From a bacterium BMS3Abin15 (GTDB lineage: Bacteria > Patescibacteriota > Minisyncoccia > Moranbacterales > 2-12-FULL-40-10): a DNA stretch of 42,951 bases. The translations under genes and the position numbers were made by a program. Below are positions 8,450 through 17,521 of this stretch, one piece after another. Below the pieces are notes generated by a model that searched no databases, was not told where the DNA came from, and worked only from the letters and a program-made list of their open reading frames with translations. The DNA lies in assembly GCA_002923195.1 (NCBI GenBank), contig BDTH01000076.1, positions 1-42,951 on the forward strand, read 5' to 3'. How positions within the stretch are numbered: position 1 is the stretch's first letter; every line of letters starts with the position of its first letter.

Positions 8450-8458
8450 TGATATAAT
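8450..8458 (+). promoter_or_regulatory. Extended -10 promoter upstream of eno
   Basis: TGATATAAT, 35 nt before the eno ATG. Confidence 0.45.
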
Positions 8459-8493
8459 GGAAGGGTAAAAAGCGATGAATAAAGAGTAAAAAT

Positions 8494-9783
8494 ATGGCAA
8501 AAATAACTAGAATCAAGGGGAGGGAGATTTTGGATTCCCGGGGAAATCCGACTGTTGAGGCTGAGGTAGAACTGGAAAGCGGGGTAAAAGCCAGGGCGGC
8601 GGTTCCATCCGGGGCATCAACTGGTTCTCACGAGGCGTTAGAGTTGCGTGATAATGAACCTCGTTATGGCGGCAAGGGAGTTTCAAAAGCAGTTGCTAAT
8701 ATTAACGGGTCAATTCAAAAAGCGATTGTGGGAATGGACGCTAGTGATCAGAAAAAGGTTGACGAAAAAATGATAAAACTGGATGGTACGGAAAATAAGT
8801 CTAAATTGGGAGCCAACGCAATACTGGGAGTTTCGTTAGCTGTCTGCCGGGCTGCTTCTGCAGATAAAAACATTCCTCTCTACAAGCATATTGCTGAAAC
8901 TTTTAAATTTTCCTCTGTGCCTAAACTTCCAATTCCAATGTTTAATGTTTTAAATGGAGGAGAACATAGCGACTCGGGACTGAGCATCCAAGAATTTAAG
9001 ATAGTACCTATCAGAATTGAAAAATATTCTGAACAGCTAAGAGCCGGGAGTGAGATTTTTCATAGCCTTAAGAGGCTTCTGGATAAGGATGGCCACAGTA
9101 CGGGAGTGGGAGACGAGGGAGGATTTGCTCCTAAATTAGAAAGCAATGTCCAGGCGCTGGAATTTATTGTTGATGCGATTAAGGAGGCCGGATACAAACC
9201 GGGAGTAGAGATTAGTATTGGGTTAGATGCAGCGGCCAATTCCTTTTATGACAAAAACGAAAATCAATATGTTTTAAAGCCAGAAGGGGCAAATTTAAGC
9301 CGGGAGAGTTTAATTAATTTATATCGCGAATGGATTGATAAATATTATATCATTTCCATTGAAGACGGGCTTCAGGAAGAGGATTGGGAAGGATGGAAAG
9401 TTATGATGGAAAAGATTACGAAAAAACAAATTCTTTCTGGGTTTGATAACTCAATCTTGAAAGAAAACATGATTATTGGCGATGACTTATTAGTTACCAA
9501 TGTTAAGCGACTCCAAAAGGCTATTGATAATAAGGCTTGCAATAGTGTTTTGATTAAAGTAAATCAAATAGGATCACTTTCTGAAACAATTGACTGCATA
9601 AAACTGGCTAAGAAAAATAAAATGAACACTGTGATTTCTCATCGCTCTGGAGAAACTACTGACGATTTCATCGCCGATCTAGCGGTGGCAACTGGCGCTA
9701 ATTTCATCAAGACCGGATCTTTATCAAGAGGGGAAAGAATTTGCAAATATAATCAATTATTAAGAATAGAGGAAGAGATATAG
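8494..9783 (+). CDS. eno: Enolase
   Basis: EILDSRGNPTVE, VPSGASTG, GDEGGFAP, SIEDG, GDDLLVTN, KVNQIG, SHRSGET. Confidence 0.98.
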   Translation: MAKITRIKGREILDSRGNPTVEAEVELESGVKARAAVPSGASTGSHEALELRDNEPRYGGKGVSKAVANINGSIQKAIVGMDASDQKKVDEKMIKLDGTENKSKLGANAILGVSLAVCRAASADKNIPLYKHIAETFKFSSVPKLPIPMFNVLNGGEHSDSGLSIQEFKIVPIRIEKYSEQLRAGSEIFHSLKRLLDKDGHSTGVGDEGGFAPKLESNVQALEFIVDAIKEAGYKPGVEISIGLDAAANSFYDKNENQYVLKPEGANLSRESLINLYREWIDKYYIISIEDGLQEEDWEGWKVMMEKITKKQILSGFDNSILKENMIIGDDLLVTNVKRLQKAIDNKACNSVLIKVNQIGSLSETIDCIKLAKKNKMNTVISHRSGETTDDFIADLAVATGANFIKTGSLSRGERICKYNQLLRIEEEI

Positions 9784-9784
9784 C

Positions 9785-9870
9785 TCTACTAATTACAAAT
9801 CAAGTACAAATATACGAATGTGAATTAAAAAATATTTGTAAATTTGTAAAAGATTTGTGGATTTGTAGGA
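9785..9870 (+). repeat. TAC(A/G)AAT-unit imperfect palindromic element
   Basis: TCTACTAATTACAAATCAAGTACAAATATACGAAT ... ATTTGTAAATTTGTAAAAGATTTGTGGATTTGTAGGA; close relative of 16054-16138. Confidence 0.75.
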
Positions 9871-9903
9871 CAATATTGCGGAAAATGTATCTACTAATTT
9901 TTT

Positions 9904-11463
9904 ATGAATAATAAAAAACCTACTTTATTAATAATTCTTGACGGTTGGGGGGTGGCCCCGCCGTCTAAGAACAATGCAATAACATTAGCTAAAACGCCGA
10001 TTATTGATCGGCTTTCTAAAGCTTATCCTTCTACTACGCTTGGGGCGACAGGAAGAGATGTCGGGTTGGATGATAATCAAATGAGCGGCTCCGAAGCTGG
10101 ACACATGAATATAGGAGCAGGAAGAGTAGTAATTCAGGACTCGTATCATATTACTGAAAGCATAAAAAATGGAAGTTTCTTTAGCAATCCCGCTTTGAAA
10201 GGGGCTGTTAAGCATGCAAATAAAAATGGAAGTAAGCTTCATGTCATGGGCCTTATGGGAAACAGCGATAGCCCGCATAGTAATCCAGAGCACCTTAGAG
10301 CCCTTTTGAAGTTGGCGAAAGACAGTAATGTCAAAGAAGTTTATTGCCACTTGTTTACTGATGGAAGGGACTCTTATCCTCAAAGTGCGCTGGATCATCT
10401 TAAATATTTCAGGCAGATAATGAAGGAAGAGAAGGTGGGAAAAATTGCAACTATGTCTGGAAGATTTTATGCTATGGATCGGTCAAAAAATTGGGATCGA
10501 TTAGCCAAAGCTTACGACGCTATGGTTTTTTCCAATTCAGAAAAGGCTGGTTCGGCTGAGGAAGCAATTAATAACGCGTACAGTAAAAATTTAACAGACG
10601 AATATATTCTTCCCACAGTGATTTTGGATAACGGAAAGCCAGTTGCTCAAATAAAAAAAGGCGACAGTGTTATTTTTTATAATCTCCGTTCTGACAGAGC
10701 CAGGCAGTTTACAAAGTTGTTTGCAGCCACAAATGGAGAAAGAATAATCAGTGACAACATGCCTGTCATTGACAAGATTGACGACTTGTATTTTGCGGCC
10801 ATGACTGACTTTGGTCCTGATCTGAGTATTAATACCGCTTTTTCAGGACAAACTATTTTATCCACCCTGCCGATGATTCTTAAAAATGTGAAACAACTTT
10901 ATATCGCAGAAATGGAGAAGTACGCCCACCTGACATACTTTTTTAACGGTGGTTATCCTGATCCAGTAGGAGGAGAAGACAGAATGACTATACCTTCTCC
11001 AAAGATTGATAATTACGCTAAAATTCCGAAAATGTCAGCTGGAGCTATAACGGACAACGTGTTAAAATACATAAAAGAGGATAAATATGACTTTATTGCC
11101 ATAAATTTTGCTAACGCTGATATGGTGGGGCATAGCGGAGATTTCAAAGCGGTAATAAAAGCGGTGGAATTTATTGATAAACAGGTAGGAAGACTAACGG
11201 AGGTTGTCCTTGAAAGAGAAGGAAATTTAATTATTACAGCAGATCATGGCAACGCTGATAGAATGATTGATGTTATTGATGGAAAGGAAATGATATTCAG
11301 TTTTCATTCTAAAAATCCGGTTCCTTTCTGCGTTGTTAGTGACAGATTTAAAGGAAATAAATTAAGCTCAGGAATACTAGGCAATATTGCGCCTACGGTT
11401 TTGGATATTATGGGAATTGAAAAGCCAAAGGAAATGAGGTGCAAATCACTGCTGAATGGTTAA
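9904..11463 (+). CDS. gpmI: 2,3-bisphosphoglycerate-independent phosphoglycerate mutase
   Basis: LIILDGWG, SEAGHMNIGAGR, FTDGRD, GRFYAMDR, ANADMVGHSG, TADHGNA. Confidence 0.97.
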   Translation: MNNKKPTLLIILDGWGVAPPSKNNAITLAKTPIIDRLSKAYPSTTLGATGRDVGLDDNQMSGSEAGHMNIGAGRVVIQDSYHITESIKNGSFFSNPALKGAVKHANKNGSKLHVMGLMGNSDSPHSNPEHLRALLKLAKDSNVKEVYCHLFTDGRDSYPQSALDHLKYFRQIMKEEKVGKIATMSGRFYAMDRSKNWDRLAKAYDAMVFSNSEKAGSAEEAINNAYSKNLTDEYILPTVILDNGKPVAQIKKGDSVIFYNLRSDRARQFTKLFAATNGERIISDNMPVIDKIDDLYFAAMTDFGPDLSINTAFSGQTILSTLPMILKNVKQLYIAEMEKYAHLTYFFNGGYPDPVGGEDRMTIPSPKIDNYAKIPKMSAGAITDNVLKYIKEDKYDFIAINFANADMVGHSGDFKAVIKAVEFIDKQVGRLTEVVLEREGNLIITADHGNADRMIDVIDGKEMIFSFHSKNPVPFCVVSDRFKGNKLSSGILGNIAPTVLDIMGIEKPKEMRCKSLLNG

Positions 11464-11508
11464 GCCATTTTTAGTAGTTTAATAATGTAACAGCGTAAAA
11501 ACTTAAAA

Positions 11509-12528
11509 ATGAACCAAGTAATTTGCATAGGATCAGCGTCTAAGGATGTTTTTTTTCCTACTGCCAGGGGAATAATAACCAATACTCCTGAAGATTTAAC
11601 TTCCCAAAAAAAGATTTCTTTCGAACTGGGTGCTAAGTATCAGATTGAGGACCGCTATGAAGCGCCTGGAGGAGTAGCGGCTAATGTCTCTCAAGGATTG
11701 GCGAGATTGGGAATAAAAGCAGGTTGTTGCTCGAAAATTGGAGATGATAAATTGGGAATGTGGATCGTAGATGAATTAGAAAAAGAAAATGTCGACACTA
11801 GCCTTATCCAGGTGGAAAATAACTGCAAAAGCGATTTGTCCGCAATAATAGTCGATACCAACAGTGGCGATCACACGATATTTTTTAACAGGGACGCTAA
11901 TGAAAGGTTAGAAATTGTTCCTGAAAAAATAAAAAATACCGAATGGTTTTTTATAAGTGCATTGAATGGCAGTGTTAGAAAAAGTTGGGAAGAAAATCTT
12001 GAAGAGATTATTAAAATTGCCAAAAACGAAAATATTCATATCGCTTTCAATCCGGGACAGAGAAATATAAAGGACAATTCTGAAAAAGTTGCAAAGGCGG
12101 TTGAAAATAGCGAAGTGTTAATACTTAATAGGGATGAGGCAATTGAAATAGTATCTGGTTATAAGAAACAAATAACAGGCGATAAGGAATTTAACGACGA
12201 AAAGTTTTTAATAAAAGAATTGCAAAGTCTGGGCCCGAAAGTTGTATCTCTCACCGACGGAATAAGAGGTGCTTGGGCATGTGATGAAAATAATTTATAT
12301 TATACTAAGGCTTCGGGAAATAAGCCTGTTGAGACAACCGGAGCAGGCGATAGTTTTTCCAGTGGTTTTTTGGCTGCTTATATTCAAGGGAAAAGCATTG
12401 AAGAAGCGTTGAGGTGGGGAACTGCCAATGGTGGCAGCGTGGTTGGATTCTATGGAGCAAAAGACGGACTAATAAAAGAAAATGAAATGTTGGAAAAAAT
12501 TGAAAAAATAAAAATTGAAACATTATAA
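11509..12528 (+). CDS. PfkB-family carbohydrate kinase
   Basis: PGGVAANVSQGLARLG, IGDDKLG, FNPG, ETTGAGDSFSSGF signatures. Confidence 0.9.
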   Translation: MNQVICIGSASKDVFFPTARGIITNTPEDLTSQKKISFELGAKYQIEDRYEAPGGVAANVSQGLARLGIKAGCCSKIGDDKLGMWIVDELEKENVDTSLIQVENNCKSDLSAIIVDTNSGDHTIFFNRDANERLEIVPEKIKNTEWFFISALNGSVRKSWEENLEEIIKIAKNENIHIAFNPGQRNIKDNSEKVAKAVENSEVLILNRDEAIEIVSGYKKQITGDKEFNDEKFLIKELQSLGPKVVSLTDGIRGAWACDENNLYYTKASGNKPVETTGAGDSFSSGFLAAYIQGKSIEEALRWGTANGGSVVGFYGAKDGLIKENEMLEKIEKIKIETL

Positions 12529-12539
12529 CAACTATTTGT

Positions 12540-13808
12540 ATGTCTTTTTTTTCTAAAATTTTTAAAAGGAAGAGAAAATCCGAATTGGTTTTAGCTTTGG
12601 ATATTGGAACGGAAGTGGTCAAGGCTTTAATTTTTCAAACTGATCCAGAGACTGGCAAAGGAGTAGTTATAGGGGTGGGAAAGGTGCGTCAAAAAATAGG
12701 CAATATGCAAAGCGGTGCAGTTTCAGATATTTCAGGCGTAATTACTACTGCTCAAGAAGCTATCGACATTGCCAAGAGAAAATCGGGAGTCAAAAATATT
12801 AAAAAAGCTATAGTAGGAATTGCTGGCGAACTAGTAAAAGGAACTACCACTACTGTTCACTATGAGAGAATAAGGCCGGAGGTGAGGATTGATTTGCCCG
12901 AACTGAAGAATATCGTGCAAAAAGTGCAACAGAAGGCCTATGAAAGGATCAAAAAGCAGTTGGGCTGGGAAACAGGACAGGAGGAAATTGATATTAAGCT
13001 GATTAATGCAGCTATTGTGGATGTCAGAATTGACGGCTATCGGATATCTAATCCAATTGGATTTCAGGGACGTGATGTTTCTATAAGTGTGTTTAATGCT
13101 TATGCACCCATGATCCATTTAGGGGCGCTTCAGACCATTGCTGACGAACTTGAAATTGATTTAATTAGTATCGCAGCCGAGCCTTATGCAGTAGCTCGAT
13201 CGATAGGAATTGATAAAGACAATTTGGACTTCAGCGCCATATTTATCGATGTAGGAGGTGGAACGACCGACATAGCAGTGGTGAGGAACGGCGGACTAGA
13301 AGGCACGAAAATGTTTGCTTTGGGTGGGCGAGCCTTTACTAAGAGACTAGCCCATGAATTAGGAATTGATTTTAATGAAGCGGAAAGCTTGAAAATAAAA
13401 TATTCCCAAAATAGACTGGGAGCGGACGTTAGTGAAAAGGTGGAGCAATTCCTAGAAAGTGATTGCCAGATTTGGCTTAGTGGACTGGAGATTGCTTTAT
13501 CAGAGTTTTCAGAGTCCGATATGTTACCTTCAAAAATACTGCTTTGTGGCGGAGGGTCGGCTCTTCCAGGAATCAAAAAAGCCTTATCTTCCTCGGAGTG
13601 GGTCCAAAGTCTTCCATTCTCAAAGGCTCCTGTCATTAACTTTCTCCAACCTAGAGATATCATAAGAATTATAGATACCACTGGCGATTTAAAAAATCCC
13701 CAAGATGTTACCCCGATGGGTCTGGCAAACTTAACTCTAGACTTAGAGAGTGAAGAAAAAATGCTATCTGGCATTTTAAGAAGAGCGGTGTATGTAGTAC
13801 AGGATTAA
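12540..13808 (+). CDS. ftsA: FtsA-like actin-family cell-division ATPase
   Basis: ALDIGTEVVK phosphate-1, IDVGGGTTDI phosphate-2, GGRAFT..LA..L..AESLK, LCGGGS adenosine motif; amphipathic C-terminus. Confidence 0.8.
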   Translation: MSFFSKIFKRKRKSELVLALDIGTEVVKALIFQTDPETGKGVVIGVGKVRQKIGNMQSGAVSDISGVITTAQEAIDIAKRKSGVKNIKKAIVGIAGELVKGTTTTVHYERIRPEVRIDLPELKNIVQKVQQKAYERIKKQLGWETGQEEIDIKLINAAIVDVRIDGYRISNPIGFQGRDVSISVFNAYAPMIHLGALQTIADELEIDLISIAAEPYAVARSIGIDKDNLDFSAIFIDVGGGTTDIAVVRNGGLEGTKMFALGGRAFTKRLAHELGIDFNEAESLKIKYSQNRLGADVSEKVEQFLESDCQIWLSGLEIALSEFSESDMLPSKILLCGGGSALPGIKKALSSSEWVQSLPFSKAPVINFLQPRDIIRIIDTTGDLKNPQDVTPMGLANLTLDLESEEKMLSGILRRAVYVVQD

Positions 13809-13862
13809 TATAAATTACATCTGGATTCAATTCGAACATAATTAGGATTAAAATTAGTATAT

Positions 13863-15734
13863 ATGCATCAAACGTTCTATATAGACATCGATGAAGAAAT
13901 CACCTCAGCCATCGATCGTCTAAGAAAGTCGAAAACTAAAGAAAATATTTTTGTGGTTCCAAAAAGAGCTTTAATCTTACAAAGCGTCGTTAATTTGAGG
14001 CTACTTAAAAAAGAGGCCGGGAAATTAAAAAAACAAATCATGATCATTTCCCAAGATGAGCAAGGAAGAGCTTTGGCTGAAAAAGTCGGAATTTTTTCCC
14101 AGCAGTCGTTAGAAGGCGTAGAAGTTAAAGAGGAATTAAAAATCAAAGTACATCCTCAGATAAATAGCGAACGGCAAAAAAATCTAAACAAGAAAGTCAA
14201 AAAGAAAAGAAAGCTGGAAAATGTAGGCTCTAAAGATTTTTACGAAAAAGACAAAAAAACCATGGATGCCAAGAACTCATTGGAGGCGGAAAAAAAGGTT
14301 GTAGTCGGCAAGAAAAAAATAGAAGAAAAAAAAATACTTGTCAAAAAACAAGGCAGGGACCATGTAGTATCGGGCGTTGTGAAGTCTGTAGATTTTCCAT
14401 CCTCCTCCTTAAAATATCATCCCTCAAATGTAAAAAAAGTAAAAAGCGGGAGTGGTGGGGATTACGCAAAGTATAAAAAAGACATTGACCCCAGAAAAGA
14501 AGAGGAATTAAAAGAACTTTTCCAACTTGACAAGCATCAGGATCAGCCAAAGAAACAGTTGCAAGTATCAGTTCCAAAGAAAACAAAAAAGATTTTTATT
14601 TTATTTGGAATAGTAAGTGTTGCTGTAATTCTTTTGGTGGGCATATTTTTGATTTTTCCCAGGGCTAAAATTAGCATTCACATGTCATCAAATGTGCAGA
14701 CAATTGACTTGGAGATTAAGGGGAATAGTAATGCTGTTATCTCTGATCTGGAAGGAAGAAGCGTACCAGCTAGAGCAATCGAGAAGGATGCAGAAAGAAC
14801 TGAGTCGTTTAGTGCAACCGGGAGGAATGAAATCTCAGATCAGAAAACGAGGGGGACTATCGCCATTTACAATGAACATGGAACCTCTCCTCAGCCGTTA
14901 GTAGCTACTACAAGGTTTTTAACTCCAGATGGAAAACTATTCCGATTAGTTAAAGGTGTGACAGTGCCTGGCATGACTGAAGTGGATGGCAAACTAAAAC
15001 CGGGAGTCATTGAAGCAGAGGTAATAGCTGACCAACCGGGTGAGGAGTATAATATTGGCCCTAGCGATTTCTCTATTCCTGGGCTTAAAGGAAGTTCTAA
15101 ATATGAAAAATTTTATGCTCGTTCTGCTAGCTCCATGAGCGGAGGTGGATCAAAAGGTGATGAGGTTGTTATCATTTCACAGAAAGATATTGATAATGCA
15201 AGATCGAAGGTGGAAGCTAGTCTTATGGAAGAAATTAAAAATGAAATTCGAAATAATCTTCAAGGAGATGAAGTGTTCATAGAAGAAACAGCTGAGAAAA
15301 TCATTCTGGAATCAGATTCACCTGAAATTGGCATAACAACTGATTCATTCGAGTTTAAACTAAAAATAAGAGTAAGGGCCATAGTTTTCTCTGAAGAAAA
15401 ATTAAAAGACGTAGTGATGGACAGTTTTGATAAAAAATCTGATGAAAAATTGAATTCGCTAAAAATTGAATACGGGGAAGCGACTCCCGATTTCGATACC
15501 GGAATCATCAATATCAAGGTGCATGGAAAAGCTTTATTTGATCCGCTTATAGATACTGATAAGTTAAAAGCTGAGTTATTGGGAAATAATGAGGAACAAA
15601 TAAAAGAAATTTTAAATAATTATTCCCGGATAAAAGAGATAGAAGTGGAATTATGGCCCGAATTTTTATCAGGAAAAATTCCCCGGTATAAAAAACGGGT
15701 TGAAATAGAAATAATCCCCTCTAGTTTTGAATAA
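13863..15734 (+). CDS. Single-pass membrane protein with baseplate-J/gp47-like extracellular region
   Basis: N-domain (FYIDIDEEITSAIDRL...VPKRA...NLRLLKK), Lys-rich linker, TM at about aa 245-265, then GTIAIYN..PLVATTRF..VIADQPGEEYNIGP motif. Confidence 0.65.
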   Translation: MHQTFYIDIDEEITSAIDRLRKSKTKENIFVVPKRALILQSVVNLRLLKKEAGKLKKQIMIISQDEQGRALAEKVGIFSQQSLEGVEVKEELKIKVHPQINSERQKNLNKKVKKKRKLENVGSKDFYEKDKKTMDAKNSLEAEKKVVVGKKKIEEKKILVKKQGRDHVVSGVVKSVDFPSSSLKYHPSNVKKVKSGSGGDYAKYKKDIDPRKEEELKELFQLDKHQDQPKKQLQVSVPKKTKKIFILFGIVSVAVILLVGIFLIFPRAKISIHMSSNVQTIDLEIKGNSNAVISDLEGRSVPARAIEKDAERTESFSATGRNEISDQKTRGTIAIYNEHGTSPQPLVATTRFLTPDGKLFRLVKGVTVPGMTEVDGKLKPGVIEAEVIADQPGEEYNIGPSDFSIPGLKGSSKYEKFYARSASSMSGGGSKGDEVVIISQKDIDNARSKVEASLMEEIKNEIRNNLQGDEVFIEETAEKIILESDSPEIGITTDSFEFKLKIRVRAIVFSEEKLKDVVMDSFDKKSDEKLNSLKIEYGEATPDFDTGIINIKVHGKALFDPLIDTDKLKAELLGNNEEQIKEILNNYSRIKEIEVELWPEFLSGKIPRYKKRVEIEIIPSSFE

Positions 15735-15782
15735 CAGAATTCAACAGACAGATAGCAATAAAATAAAATGACAGGGGGCTTG

Positions 15783-15812
15783 CCCCGTTAGAGGTGTGCA
15801 TCTCTAACGGGG
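15783..15812. repeat. CCCCGTTAGAG/CTCTAACGGGG mini-palindrome (REP-like)
   Basis: Perfect 11-bp stem, 8-nt loop; directly abuts TTGACA. Confidence 0.75.
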
Positions 15813-15841
15813 TTGACAATATTTTGATATATTGTTAATAT
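15813..15841 (+). promoter_or_regulatory. Sigma70-type promoter of the infA...rpsI operon
   Basis: TTGACA (15813-15818), 17 nt, TAATAT (15836-15841), with extended TG. Confidence 0.6.
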
Positions 15842-15868
15842 GAAAAACACGATAATTTAATATACAAT

Positions 15869-16050
15869 TTTACCCCCACACCTATATTGATAACTGCACA
15901 TCTAATAATAACCATATTGTGGCGTTGGGGGTGAACACAATAATAGAGGTTTAACCTCTGAGCTTCAGGAATTAGGATAAGATTTTCGGATACCTCAATA
16001 GGGCATGCTTAGCATGCTTAATTGAGGCAAAGCTCCTCTATTTTTTTGTT
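15869..16050 (+). promoter_or_regulatory. Structured 5' leader of the infA operon (candidate cis-regulatory RNA)
   Basis: Stems TTTACCCCCA/TGGGGGTGAA, AATAGAGG+AGCTT/AAGCTCCTCTATT and CCTCAATAGGGCATGC/GCATGCTTAATTGAGG, then a T7 run. Confidence 0.45.
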
Positions 16051-16053
16051 TGT

Positions 16054-16138
16054 TTCTACTAATTACGAATTGTGTACGAATATACAAATAAATAATTCGT
16101 TATTGGTAAATTTGTAATCGATTTGTAATTTGTAGGAA
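16054..16138 (+). repeat. TAC(A/G)AAT-unit imperfect palindromic element
   Basis: TCTACTAATTACGAATTGTGTACGAATATACAAAT ... ATTGGTAAATTTGTAATCGATTTGTAATTTGTAGGA; ends a few nt before the infA ATG. Confidence 0.75.
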
Positions 16139-16142
16139 GTTT

Positions 16143-16355
16143 ATGGAAAAAGAAATAATTAAACTAGAAGGAACTATTGCGGAAACGTTGCCCAGCACCA
16201 CCTTTAAGGTTAAATTGGAAAACGGGCACGAAATACTGGCTCACATTTCAGGTAGAATGCGAGTCAACTATATTCGATTGCTTCCAGGAGATAAGGTAGA
16301 GGTAGAGATGAGTCCATATGATTTAACAAAAGGCAGAATAATAAAAAGATTATAA
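16143..16355 (+). CDS. infA: Translation initiation factor IF-1
   Basis: [25 protein letters not shown]...[10 protein letters not shown]. Confidence 0.98.
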   Translation: MEKEIIKLEGTIAETLPSTTFKVKLENGHEILAHISGRMRVNYIRLLPGDKVEVEMSPYDLTKGRIIKRL

Positions 16356-16359
16356 ATAA

Positions 16360-16444
16360 AACTCACGAATTAAGAACTAATAAAAAGCGAATAAGAACGA
16401 ATATTCGCACCAATTAGTTTCTAATTCGTTCGTGTTAGCGAGTT
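16360..16444 (+). repeat. CGAAT/ATTCG-unit imperfect palindromic element
   Basis: AACTCACGAAT-TAAGAACTAAT-AAAAAGCGAAT-AAGAACGAAT / ATTCGCACCA-ATTAGTTTCTA-ATTCGTTCGT-GTTAGCGAGTT. Confidence 0.7.
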
Positions 16445-16449
16445 ATTTT

Positions 16450-16563
16450 ATGAAAGTACGAGCATCAGTTAAAAAAATTTGCGCTAAATGCAAAATAGTC
16501 AAACGCAAGAGAAGACTCTATGTTATTTGTTCTAATCCTAAGCATAAACAGCGCCAAGGCTAG
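16450..16563 (+). CDS. rpmJ: 50S ribosomal protein L36 (not in ORF track)
   Basis: Manual translation [37 protein letters not shown]; between infA and rpsM. Confidence 0.97.
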   Translation: MKVRASVKKICAKCKIVKRKRRLYVICSNPKHKQRQG

Positions 16564-16661
16564 TATGCGAAAAGCGCTCGCTCGCACTACGCACTCGCGA
16601 AATGCGAAAGCGCACATGCGAATAAGTTCGTAGATTCGTATTTAATTCGTAGTTTCGTATC
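16564..16661 (+). repeat. (T/A)GCGAA / TTCGTA-unit palindromic element with GC-rich insert
   Basis: ATGCGAA x3 on the left interrupted by GCGCTCGCTCGCACTACGCACTCGCG; TTCGTA x4 on the right. Confidence 0.6.
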
Positions 16662-16670
16662 GGTATAATT

Positions 16671-17060
16671 ATGATAAGAATTGCGGGAATTAATATCCCC
16701 GATGACAAAAGAATAGAAATTGCCTTAACCTATATTCATGGAATAGGGAAGTCTTCAAGTGGGAAGATTTTAAGTAGTTTAAATATTAGCAGAGATACCC
16801 GAACAAAAGATTTAACATCAGAAGAAGCCAATAAACTTAGGGACGAGATAGAAAAGAAATACAGAGTAGAGGGGGAGCTTAAGCATGAAATTAAAACGAA
16901 CATTAAAAGATTAAAGGAGATCGGATGCTATCGAGGAATTAGGCACCAAAGGGGTCTTCCCGTAAGAGGCCAGAGAACCAAGACTAATAGCCGTACTGTT
17001 CGGGGAAATGTCAGAAGAACTATGGGAAGCGGAAGAAAACCGGGGGCAGAAAAAACATAA
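16671..17060 (+). CDS. rpsM: 30S ribosomal protein S13
   Basis: [40 protein letters not shown]. Confidence 0.98.
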   Translation: MIRIAGINIPDDKRIEIALTYIHGIGKSSSGKILSSLNISRDTRTKDLTSEEANKLRDEIEKKYRVEGELKHEIKTNIKRLKEIGCYRGIRHQRGLPVRGQRTKTNSRTVRGNVRRTMGSGRKPGAEKT

Positions 17061-17072
17061 TACTAATTACAT

Positions 17073-17516
17073 ATGGAAGAAATTAAGAAAGCTAAAGAAA
17101 AAGAAGGAACGGATCAAAAATCCGAGAGCGTTGAAGTACCGAAAAAAAAGAAAAGAAAAATCAGACATCATATTCAAAAAGGCCAGGCTCATATACAATG
17201 CACCTATAACAATACAGTGATAACCATAGCCGATATTAATGGCGCAGCTTTGGGATGGTCAAGTGCTGGACTTCTTGGATTTAAGGGAGCTAAGAAAGCT
17301 ACTCCGTATGCGGCCACTCAAATAGCGGCTGATGTAGCGGAGAAAGTTAAAAAGTATGGGATTAAAGAATTAGAAGTTTATGTTAAGGGAGTAGGAAGTG
17401 GAAGAGAAGCATCAATAAGATCATTGGCTAACAATGGCTTTAATTTAGTTTTAATAAAGGATATTACACCTATCCCCCATAATGGATGTCGCCCACGGAA
17501 ACCTAGAAGAGTATAA
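17073..17516 (+). CDS. rpsK: 30S ribosomal protein S11
   Basis: [30 protein letters not shown]. Confidence 0.98.
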   Translation: MEEIKKAKEKEGTDQKSESVEVPKKKKRKIRHHIQKGQAHIQCTYNNTVITIADINGAALGWSSAGLLGFKGAKKATPYAATQIAADVAEKVKKYGIKELEVYVKGVGSGREASIRSLANNGFNLVLIKDITPIPHNGCRPRKPRRV

Positions 17517-17521
17517 AAATT

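Noticed and set aside
13184-13774. 196-aa minus-strand ORF (similarly 31207..31788 and 31344..31745)
   Set aside because: Entirely antisense to well-supported genes (ftsA, histidine kinase), with no motifs.
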